Assembly (NCBI RefSeq): GCF_006345805.1
Contig: NW_021824189.1
Span: 1 to 19,649 of the forward strand
Direction: 5' to 3'
Length of the DNA stretch: 19,649 bases
Source: Octopus sinensis
Taxonomy: Eukaryota
Numbering within the stretch: position 1 is the stretch's first letter; each line of letters starts with the position of its first letter. The notes below the pieces were generated by a model. The model did not search any database. It worked only from the letters and a program-made list of their open reading frames with translations, and was not told where the DNA came from. Of this stretch, positions 1-8,539 are shown piece after piece. The position numbers and the translations under genes are program-made.

Positions 1-178
1 AGTCTAGGCGGTGCTGGCATCGGCCACAATTTGGATGGTGCTTTTTACGTGCCACTGGCATTGACCACGTTCGGATGGTGGTTTTTAGGTGCCACCGGCA
101 CAGGGATCACAACTGCAGTTTCCATTGATTTTTGATGTTGGTGTACTTGACTCAATCGATCTCCTCAAGCACAGGGTC
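1..178 (-). mobile_element. Family C interspersed repeat, partial (runs off the window start)
   Basis: Contains the ggtgctttttacgtgccaccggcac / ggcatcggccac units also seen at 2180-2265, 4730-4954 and, inverted, at 9640-9800. Confidence 0.7.
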
Positions 179-384
179 GAAATAGAAAATATGAGGAGTT
201 TAGGTCAAGATGACTCAATGTGTTCTGAGTGCTCAAACAGATGTGCCACCAAAAATGACTATTTTTTACCGTTCGTTATATTGCTAAATTTTTAGATTTA
301 ATTAAATGCAATCAACTGTCCTTGTGCTGCCTTCACTAATTGCTTGCCTTTCCTCACTACTTTAACTTGGGGGGGGGGTCTTTA

Positions 385-945
385 TACTTATATCTGTCCC
401 CATGCCCACCACCACTTAACAACTGGTGTTGGTTTAGTGTTTTACTCTTTTACTTGTTTCAGTCATTTGACTGCGGCCATGCTGGAGCACCGCCTTCAGT
501 CGAGCAAACCGACCCCAGGATTTATTCTTTCTATGCCGAGTACTTATTCTATCAGTCCCTTTTGCCGAACCGCTAAGTTATGGGGACGTAAACACAACAG
601 CATCGGTTATCAAGCAATGCTAGGGGGACAAACACAGACACACAAACACACACACACACAGACACACAAACACACACATACATATATATATATATACGAC
701 GGGCTTCTTTCAGTTTCCATCTACCAAATCCACTCATAAGGCTTTGGTTGGCCTGAGGCTATAGTAGAAGACACTTGCCCAAGGTGTCACGCAGTAGGAT
801 TGAACCTGTGCCTATAAGTTTACATCCCTATGACTTAGAACTTCATTGAAAGACTCTAACTGTATAAATATCAAACTTAAAAAATAAGTCCTGGGGTCGA
901 TTTGTTTGACGAAAACCCTCCATTGAAACAAATAAAAAATAAGAG
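385..945 (+). mobile_element. Old, diverged family A SINE split by a younger antisense copy
   Basis: 393-440 (gtcccc..ccaccacttaacaactggtgttgg) and 814-945 (gtttacatccc..aataagtcctggggtcgatttg..gaaacaaataaaa) are consecutive parts of family A, separated by the 442-813 copy. Confidence 0.5.
442..813 (-). mobile_element. Family A tRNA-derived SINE, head partly deleted
   Basis: Colinear with copies at 5154, 9015, 12157 and 18182. Internal (CA)n(TA)n tract; 3' stem-loop cagtca-aa-tgactg and GAGTAAAA-type tail on the minus strand. Confidence 0.85.
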
Positions 946-1027
946 AAATATATACTCTTTCTAGTTTACATTTGATTATGTCCTCAACAACAGAAGGTCT
1001 TGTGGTAAATAAAAGAAATAATAATCA

Positions 1028-1068
<41 letters not shown>

Positions 1069-1070
<2 letters not shown>

Positions 1071-1492
1071 GGTAGCAAGCTGGCAGAATCATTAGCATGC
1101 CAGGCAAAATGCTCAGCGGTATTTCGTCTGCCGTTACGTTCTGAGTTCAAATTCCGCCGAGGTCGACTTTGCCTTTCATCCTTTCAGGGTCGATTAAATA
1201 AGTACCAGTTACACACTGGGGTCGATATAATCTACTTAATCCGTTTGTCTGTCCTTGTTTGTCTCCTCTGTGTTTAGCCCCTTGTGGGTAGTAAAGAAAT
1301 AGGTATTTCGCCCATCTTTAGGTTCTGAGTTCAAATTCTGCCAAAGCCAATTTTACCTTTCACTCATTTGGGGTCGATAAATCAAGTACCAGTTGTGTAC
1401 TGGGGACAATGTGATCGACTGTCCTCCTCTCCACAAAATCTAGGCCTTGTGCCTATAGTAGAAAGGATTATTATTATTATATTATTATTATT
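1069..1492 (+). mobile_element. Family B SINE composite: diverged head, near-consensus 184-bp unit, older B body, (ATT)n tail
   Basis: tRNA-like head (tggcagaatc..gagttcaaattc); ggtatttcg repeated at 1118-1126 and 1302-1310; flanked by (ATT)n; another B head fragment at 1493-1520. Confidence 0.85.
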
Positions 1493-1520
1493 AAGCCGAC
1501 AAGCTGGTAGAATTATTAGC

Positions 1521-1599
1521 AAAAGAACTCAGACGGTTGGGTTTCTAACCAGGCCTTTCACAATACTCTTAAAGCCAGGAACTTTTCAGCACCTCCTTG
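1521..1599 (-). mobile_element. Possible Tc1/mariner-type MITE terminus fragment
   Basis: Reverse strand reads caaggaggtgctgaaaagttcctggc, resembling mariner TIR starts (recalled). No partner TIR in the window. Confidence 0.3.
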
Positions 1600-1602
1600 T
1601 GT

Positions 1603-1716
1603 GTGTGTATATCTACATAGGTATATAATATATATACATATATATATATATTATATATCTACATAGGTATATATATATACATATATACATATATATATCT
1701 ACATAGGTATATATAT

Positions 1717-1761
<45 letters not shown>
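1603..1761. repeat. Compound (TA)n microsatellite with three atatctacataggtatat units
   Basis: Directly visible. Confidence 0.9.
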
Positions 1762-1762
<1 letters not shown>

Positions 1763-1849
1763 CAGCATGTTTACTTTGTAAAAACCAGTTGGTTTTTTTT
1801 TTTTCCCTCCGTTCGCCCACCTCAGATCTTTCTTTCTTCCTTCTCTTAT

Positions 1850-1884
1850 GTTTCCGACGAAGAGCTCCGCTCGAAACGTCATAC
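1850..1884 (+). ncRNA. Degenerate minimal type I hammerhead ribozyme motif in a probable Penelope-like remnant (~1762-1976)
   Basis: gttt-CCGACGA-a-gagc(tcc)gctc-GAAA-cgtc-atac. Stem II is perfect, the core has U4 changed to C, and stem I has one mismatch. Confidence 0.5.
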
Positions 1885-1972
1885 CCTCCTTCTTCCCTTT
1901 TTCCTGAGCGCCTAATAATAATACTTTTTGTTCCACGTGTTGTTGTTTTTTCTGTTTTCCCCGTTTGGATTA

Positions 1973-2011
<39 letters not shown>

Positions 2012-2013
<2 letters not shown>

Positions 2014-2265
2014 TCATTATCATCATCATCATTTAGCGTCCGCTTTCCATGCTAGCATGGGTTGGACGGTTCAACTGGGGTCTGGAAAGCCAGAAGGCTG
2101 CGCCAGGCCCAGTCTGATCTGACAGTGTTTCTACGGCTGGATGCCCTTCCTAATGCCAACCACTCCGTGAGTGTAGTGGGTGCTTTTTACGGTCCACCGG
2201 CACAGGGGCTAGGTGAGGCTGGCAATGGCCACGATCGGATGGTGCTTTTTACGTGCCACCAGCAC
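2012..2265 (-). mobile_element. Family C repeat with (GAT)n tail
   Basis: (CAT)n followed by tttagcgtccgctttccatgctagcatgggttggacgg..ctggatgcccttcctaatgccaaccactcc; matches 4572 and the inverse of 9800-9968. Confidence 0.85.
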
Positions 2266-2270
2266 ATATA

Positions 2271-2384
2271 TCATGATCATGTAACCGACCAGGCTATCAG
2301 ATGTTGTTGCACATCGCTGGTCAAAATGTGCTTTTTACATTGTTTTAGCCTTCAAATGATGCCACCACGCTGGCTAGGTAAGCA
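2271..2384 (-). mobile_element. 3' fragment of family D SINE
   Basis: Reverse complement aligns with 2735-2865 (tagccagcg..gaaggctaaaacaatg..gaccagcgatgtg..aacatctgat). Confidence 0.75.
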
Positions 2385-2401
2385 TATATACAGGTCCGAT
2401 G

Positions 2402-2471
2402 GCCGGATAACTGAAGAGATGGTGGTGTGGATTTCCACCTCGGCATCCGAAACTCAGAGTTTTATCTTGGC
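2402..2471 (+). ncRNA. Type I hammerhead ribozyme motif with intact catalytic core
   Basis: Stem I gccggataa (2402-2410) / ttatcttggc (2462-2471); CUGAAGA 2411-2417; stem II gatg..gtgg-attt-ccac..catc(c); GAAA 2449-2452; palindromic stem III actc-a-gagt; NUH triplet GUU at 2459-2461. Confidence 0.72.
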
Positions 2472-2538
2472 TACCGAATAATTGTCACATATTATTTTAC
2501 AGATAGAGATATATTTAAAATATATATATATATTAAAT

Positions 2539-2865
2539 GTGGAGGCGCAATGGCCCAGTGGTTAGGGCAGCGGACTCGCGGTCATAGGATCGCAGTTTCG
2601 ATTCCCAGACCGGGCGTTGTGTGTGTTTATTGAGCGAAAACACCTAAAAGCTTCACGAGGCTCCGGCAGGGGCTGGCGATCCCTGCTGTACTCTTTCGCC
2701 ACAATTTTCTCTCACTCTTTCTTCTGTTGGCCTGCTCACTTAGCCAGCGGGGTGGCGTCATTCGAAGGCTAAAACAATGCGAATGCTAAAACAATGCGAA
2801 GGCTAAAACAATGACCAGCGATGTGTAGCAACATCTGATGGTCTCGTCAGTCACGTGATCACATG
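2539..2865 (+). mobile_element. Full-length family D tRNA-derived SINE with 11-bp target-site duplication
   Basis: A box tggcccagtgg and B box gtttcgattcc. TSD atatattaaat at 2528-2538 and 2866-2876. Confidence 0.85.
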
Positions 2866-3090
2866 ATATATTAAATAATTGACAGGAAAGATAGAGGGTA
2901 CTGTAAGCTTTATTTAGGCTGTTGACCATTTCAGCTTACATCTGAACTGCTTGCTAGTGGAGGGGGGAATGATAAAGTGGAATCAAATGCTCACCCATCC
3001 ACCTCCACACATATATGTGAATTTGGAGGGGTATATTATCTGAGTAGATGCCATATTGGCTCCCAGTGAAGTTCCAGTTAATGGCTAACC

Positions 3091-3124
<34 letters not shown>

Positions 3125-3132
3125 TATAATAT

Positions 3133-3521
3133 GTTAGTTAGTTAGTTAATTTTTTGACTCAAAAAGCAAAAAGCAAGGGCATGTAGGGGGACATGGAGTT
3201 ATGTACAGGGTGGTGTTCATGTAAAGAGTTCAGGCCACTTGTGGTCAAGGGAGACTTTGAACCGAGCGGTCATCGGCATCTTCACCATCTCGTCCGGCAG
3301 CTTATTCCACGGATCCGCAACCTGGACGGAGAAAGCCCCTCTCCTTCGATTGAGACGAAATCATCGCAGATAGAGCTTTTTGGAGTGACCCCACAGCCAA
3401 TGCTCTGGAGCAGGAATGAAGAACAGCTCTTTCAAGAGGTTACACTTTCCGCTTATGATGTTGTGAGCAAGAATGAGATCACCACGGCGTCGTCGATTTT
3501 CTAGAGAATAAAGGTCGAGGA
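3133..3521 (-). mobile_element. CR1-clade LINE 3' fragment (ORF2 C-terminus, 3' UTR, (CTAA)n tail)
   Basis: Translates LDLYSLENRRRRGDLI..WGHSKKLYLR*FRLNRRRGAFSVQVADPWNKLPDEMV..FKVSLDHKW, with the RRxRGDLI / GHxxKL / WNxLP / FKxxLD motifs of CR1 ORF2. In-frame stop at 3361-3363; natural stop at 3217-3219. Confidence 0.85.
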
Positions 3522-3668
3522 CTTCTTTCAGTTTCCATCTATAAAATCCATTCACAAGACTTTAGTCAACCCAGAGCTGTAATAAACGACACTTGTCCAA
3601 GGTGCCACACAGTGGGACTGAACACAGAACCATGTGGCTGGGAAAAAAGCTACTTACCACACAGCCAT
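3522..3668 (-). mobile_element. Family A SINE head only
   Basis: Matches the A head from tggctgtgtggtaag to gaaactgaaagaag and abuts the CR1 fragment. Confidence 0.8.
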
Positions 3669-3825
3669 ATCTGATCCCTTTTTATCCATTCATTGTGGCC
3701 AACACTTTGAATAGGGATTTTAGAAATAATTATCCCTTTCCAGTTGTGAAATAATAGTTTATGCTTCCATCTGGCTTGCAAGGGGCAATACAAGTTTTAA
3801 CATCTCTGACCTTCACATTGCTTCA

Positions 3826-3906
3826 GCCTGCTAGAAACAGCAGTCAAATCTTTATTATGTCACATCATACCATCTTCGTGAAAGTGGCATATCGGATAAT
3901 GTAGTC
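3826..3906 (+). mobile_element. Old family G repeat fragment
   Basis: ctgctagaaacagcagtcaaatct is shared with ~14545 and ~17705. Confidence 0.4.
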
Positions 3907-3916
3907 TGACAGCTAA

Positions 3917-4012
3917 TCATCATCATCATTTAATGTCCATCTTCCATGCTGGCATTGTCTGGACAGCTTGATATGGATGACAGAACTACAATGTATCCCA
4001 TTGTCTGCTGTG
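3917..4012 (-). mobile_element. Family C variant, 3' fragment
   Basis: (CAT)n-ttaatgtccatcttccatgctggca.. aligns with 10478-10590. Confidence 0.55.
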
Positions 4013-4017
4013 GGATA

Positions 4018-4371
4018 CATTGTCTGTGCGTGTTTCTGTGTGTCTGTTTGCTTGTACCCTCACCCTGACCACGGCTTTCAACCGATTCTGATGAAACTTG
4101 ACACACACATAGCCCAATGTCATAATTCAAAATTAACGCAGCGAAAATTTTGAAAAGTTCCCCCAGTTCTGAAAAAAATCGATAAATTCGACATGGGGTC
4201 GACAATCAGAAACACAAACCACAGACTGTCTAGGGGACGCAACTCAACCTTTTTTAACTCTCAAAAAAAAATTTACCATCATTTTTTTGCTATTTTTTGG
4301 CTATAACTCTCTAAAAATGCTTTATAGTTATTTCCCTTACAAACCTGAGCAACGCCGGGCGATACTGCTAG
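4018..4371 (+). mobile_element. Non-autonomous Helitron, 5'-truncated
   Basis: 3' hairpin cctgagc-aac-gccggg (4344-4359) lies 8 nt before CTAG (4368-4371), followed by T. GTCT-like tract and accgattctgatgaaactt near the 5' side are typical of such elements. Confidence 0.7.
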
Positions 4372-4571
4372 TATATCTATAAAACACTGCCATCAAGTTC
4401 CACAAATTATTTCACCATCACTGCCATACTTATTTCTATGAAATTATCCGTTGCCATTCTCTCCCTCATAACTATCAAACAAGACTTGAATCGTTGACTT
4501 GAATTTAGAAACCCTCTTTTGACGAGTATCAATTTGTCAAAAAAGCTTTTATTTATAGCAGTATTAACATA

Positions 4572-4954
4572 TCATCATCATCATCGTTTAACGTCCGTTC
4601 TCCATGGGTTGGACGGTTCGACCTGGGATCTGGGAAGCCAGAAGGCTGCACCAGGCTCCATTCTGATCTGGCAGTGTTTCTACAGCTGGATGCCCTTCCT
4701 AACGCCAACCACTCCGTCAGTGCAGTGGGTGCTTTTTACGTGCAACCTGCACAGGTGCCAGGTGAGGCTGGCACCGGCCACGATCGGATTGGTGCATTTT
4801 ACGTGCCACCGGCACGGAAGCCAGTCGAGGCGGCGCTGGCATCGGCCACGATTCGGATGGTGCTTTTTACATGCCACCGGCATGGAAGCCAGTCAAGGCG
4901 GCGCTGGCATCGGCCACGATTCGGATAGTGCTTTTTACGTGCCACCAGCACGGA
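4572..4954 (-). mobile_element. Family C repeat with internal ~68-bp tandem units
   Basis: (CAT)n tail; unit cores at 4738, 4801, 4869 and 4937. Confidence 0.85.
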
Positions 4955-5153
4955 AATAATATTTTACCACGAAAGCTAAAAAACATTTTTCCATTTTCAA
5001 TTTTCAAGAAAATCATTAAAAGCCCCACCTTCTACTGAACCAAACTCATTTCTAAACTTTATTTTATAGACCTATAGTATTTATAAAATTTGTATTCCAG
5101 ACTTACAGAGATTTACTTTCCATATACATTTTTGACTGCCATGCTTGTATACC

Positions 5154-5535
5154 CTCTTTTACTTGTTTCAGTCATTTGACTGTGGCCATGCCGGAGCACT
5201 GCCTTTAGTCGAGCAAATCGACCCCAGTACTTATGCTTTGTATGCTGAGTATTTATTCTATCGGTCTCTTTTGCTGAACCACTAAGTTATGGGGACATAA
5301 ACACACCCACATCGGTTGTCAAGCGATGTTGGGGGGACAAACACAGACACACACGCACACACACATATATACGACGGGCTTCTTTCAGTTTCCGTCCACC
5401 AAATCCACTCACAAGCCTTTGGTCAGCCCAAGGCTATAGTAGAAGACACTTGCCCTAGGTACCACACAGTGGGACTGAACCCATAACCATGTGGTTCGTA
5501 AGCAACCTACTTACCACACAGCCACTCTTACACCT
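5154..5535 (-). mobile_element. Family A SINE, full length
   Basis: A box tggctgtgtgg and B box ggttcagtccc on the minus strand; colinear with the other copies. Confidence 0.9.
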
Positions 5536-5858
5536 ATAAACATTTATAAACTTTATTTTAGAAGACCTAAAGTATTTATAAAATTTGTAATATTTTATAA
5601 TTCCAGGCTTAAAGAGATTGACTGCCTTGCTTGTATGCAATGGATGTTTCCTTTTTTTTTTTTTTGTAATTATTGATCTATTTATTTTTATATTTTTTGA
5701 CCTCCTTGCCCAAATCAGTCAAGTTGCCAATGGAGTTACTCCGATGTTTTATGAAATTTCTGAAAAAAAATTTTTGTAATCTTTACTTGTTGTAATTGAT
5801 AAAAAATATTCAATGTAAATTGGATTAATAAATTTACTTATTTATTTATTTATTTAAT

Positions 5859-6089
5859 GGAGGCACGTGGCCTAGTGGTTAGAGCAACGGACTCGTGGTC
5901 GAGGGATTGCGGGTTCAAATCTCAGACCAGGCAATGTGTGTGTTTATAAGCGAAACACCTAAGCTCAACGCAGCTCTGGCAGAAGGTAACGGACAACTTC
6001 TGCTCACTCTTTCGCCACAACTTTCTCTCACTCTTTCCTCCTGCATCTTACAGCTCACCTGCGACAGGACCAGTGCCCCATCCAGGGGA
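5859..6089 (+). mobile_element. Family D-related SINE with a different 3' module, truncated
   Basis: Head ggaggcacgtggcctagtggttag..ggttcaaatc and body to actttctctcactcttt align with 2541-2720, then the sequences diverge. Confidence 0.8.
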
Positions 6090-6090
6090 T

Positions 6091-6261
6091 GAACAAGGAA
6101 AGACAAAGGGATTAAGCTGATTACATCGACCCCAGTGCGTAACTAGTACTTAATTTATCAACCCCAAAAGGATGGTGGAATTTGAACTCAGAAAGTAACG
6201 GCAGATGAAATACCACTAAACATTTCGCTTGGTGTGCTTACAATTCTACCAGCCTGCCTCC

Positions 6262-6263
<2 letters not shown>
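6091..6263 (-). mobile_element. Family B SINE with internal deletion
   Basis: Reverse complement of the B head and body; (AAT)n immediately adjacent at 6263-6298. Confidence 0.8.
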
Positions 6264-6298
<35 letters not shown>

Positions 6299-6300
<2 letters not shown>

Positions 6301-6842
6301 TACCAGGCAGTGGCTTTCGTGGCTTCTGATCTTAACTGATTGGAAGTGTTATCATGTACATTGTTTTGTCTTGGTATAAAAGATGGGCTACAGCAAATAT
6401 AATCTGCTCAATACCACAGATTTGCTTGTCAGTTGTTTGACCTTAACCAGTTGAGCATGTCTCTTAGTGGCAACGATATGTGCATCTCTGACCATGAGCA
6501 GAAATAGTTGGGGAGCATCATAGCCATGTGTTGAGAGGGATTTTTGGGGTTTGAATAATTCACCTCTGGAAACATGGGTGTTTCGTTCAACATCCTTAAA
6601 CAACCCTTATTCAGAGACCATTTGAGCGGTATAGGCTACTCGACCTGAAGAAAATTCTAACCGGGCCCCACCTGCAAGGTCATGCGCTGTTTATTTTGAT
6701 ATGAGATCACCATGTTGCGCACATATGGTTGTGATGCATGTGCCTAGTGTATCCTTATCTGACAGTTAGTCATGATGGGTATACTGGGCTTTGTATATTT
6801 TACCCCAGTGTCACTTTGATGGCATGCTCTGCTCGCTCACTC
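6299..6842. mobile_element. Unclassified ~540-bp insertion within an (AAT)n tract
   Basis: Complex sequence bounded on both sides by (AAT)n. Single copy here, with no recognisable protein. Confidence 0.4.
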
Positions 6843-6866
6843 AATAATAATAATAATAATAATACT

Positions 6867-7761
6867 TGTTTAACGTCCACTTTCTATGCTAGCATGGGTT
6901 GGATGATTTGACTGAGGACTAGCGAGCCAGATGGCTGCACCAGGTTCCAATCCGATCTGACAGAGTTTCTACAGACGGATGCCCTTTCTAATGCACAGTC
7001 TCTTTTACAATCTCTCGAACAAGCCTCAAATTGTGTAGGTCTTTACCTCGATGAGTTCAAGACTGAATATGTAAACAAATGCCTGTCCAACAGTGATCTC
7101 ATCATCCATACTCTCAACAATACCCCTTAAATATGGTTTCTGATTACAAATATCTTGGGTCATACATATCATCATCTGAAAAAGATTTTCTAACTAGAAA
7201 GGGTATGGCCTGGTCAGCCTGTAATGATATGCATAAGATCTGATCATCAAATCTAAGTAGAGATTTCAAACTTAAAATCTTCAAAGCCACAGTCAAACCA
7301 ATTCTACGATATGGCTCAGAAACCTGGATGTTATCAAAGAAGCTTGAGAGGCGATTAGATGGAACTTACAGCCGCCTCCTTATGAGAGCTCAAAATCTCT
7401 TGTGGAAGCGTCATCCAACCAAAGTACAAATATATGGGAAACTACCACCTGTGTCATCTCTTGTAAAAAGTAGAAGAGTCCAGTTTGCTGGACATTGTTG
7501 TAGAGCTGAAAACGAGGCAATTTCTACTCTTCTCCTCTGGAAGCCATCTACTTGCAATGCCAGAGGGTGCACACTCTCCTACCCTGATGTAATCTCCAGG
7601 GATACAGGCATCCAGCAACAGGACCTCCGTAATGCTATGACGGACCATGAAGTCTGGTGTAGCATGGTAAATTCCATTGTCTCGACCACGGTCGAACAAT
7701 GATGAATGATCAGTGGGTGCTCTCATGCACCACTGGCATGAGGGCCGGTCAGGCGGTACTG
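6867..7761 (-). mobile_element. Family C repeat split by an RTE insertion (parts 6867-6994 and 7711-7761)
   Basis: Left part ends ..gatgccctttctaatgc; right part resumes cagtgggtgct..ccactggca. Confidence 0.7.
6993..7710 (+). pseudogene. RTE-clade LINE 3' fragment (reverse transcriptase C-terminal region), disabled
   Basis: AQSLLQSLEQASNCVGLYLDEFKTEY.. / DYKYLGSYI.. / KATVKPILRYGSETWMLSKKLERRLDGTYSRLL..RRVQFAGHCCR. Stop and frameshift at 7128-7133, in-frame TGA at 7241, end stop at 7700-7702, short tgatgaatgat tail. Confidence 0.9.
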
Positions 7762-8165
7762 TAATAATAATAATAATCCTTTGTAATATAGGCACAAGGC
7801 CTGGAATTTGATGGGAGGGGACTAGTCAATTACACTGACCCGAGTGTTTCACTGGTACTTAATTTAGTGACCCCGAAAGGATGAAAGGCAAAATTAACCT
7901 TGGCGGAATTTGAACTCAGAACGTAGCGATGAGAGAAAGGCTGCTAAGCATTTTACCAGCTGTGCTAATGATTCTGCTAATAATCCTTTCTACTATAGGC
8001 ACAGATCTGAAATTACTAGGGAGGGGTGTAGTCGGTTACATTGACCCTCTGTGCTTGACAGGCATTTATGTTATTGACCCCAAAAGAATGAAAGGTAAAG
8101 TCAACCTCAGCAGAATTTGAACTCAGAATGTAACAGATGAAATGCCATTAAATGTTTTGTCCAGT
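7762..8165 (-). mobile_element. Two tandem old-type family B SINEs (7762-7977 and 7978-8165)
   Basis: Each starts taataatccttt..tataggcaca and contains gatgaaagg..aatttgaactcagaa. Confidence 0.8.
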
Positions 8166-8317
8166 CTGCCTAATTGCTCCTTACACAGACACATTATATT
8201 AAGTAGCCAAAGATATCACGTTTCAAAAAATGAAAAATAAATGGTTAAATTTCGGTTGAATGGCCTTCAATCACTGGTCTGCTGAAAAGGGGCTAGGTGT
8301 TTAGGACTTAGGATTAA

Positions 8318-8539
8318 CCCTTTAGCATTTAAACCGGCCATATCCCGCCAAAAGTATTCTGCCTGTTTTATCTTCAAACTGGCCAGATCTGGTCTCTCAC
8401 ACCAACCCTACAATATCGTTTCAAAATTTAACAGCAACCTCATCAAAATCTCATAGCTACAAGATAATGCATGATTGGTTCAAAACAATGTGGATAAAAA
8501 AGACATTAATTTTCGTAGAATAATGTGAACGCTAAAGGG
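8318..8539. mobile_element. piggyBac-type MITE (222 bp) with TTAA target-site duplication
   Basis: TTAA at 8314-8317 and 8540-8543. TIRs ccctttagcattta / tgaacgctaaaggg (12 of 14 match). Confidence 0.85.

Noticed and set aside
344-739. Recurrent similar ORFs (e.g. 9187, 12110, 12334, 18315) as a gene family
   Set aside because: All are translations of SINE A copies.
2541-2615. tRNA gene (also 5859, 10885, 11596)
   Set aside because: A and B boxes are present but the cloverleaf is imperfect, and in most cases the sequence continues into a repeated SINE body.
4085-4100. ctgatgaaac as a hammerhead core
   Set aside because: No stem II between CUGAUGA and GAAA; it is an internal Helitron motif.
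4730-4954. CRISPR-like array (also 10580-10846)
   Set aside because: Whole units are repeated with no unique spacers, there are no cas genes, and the context is eukaryotic.
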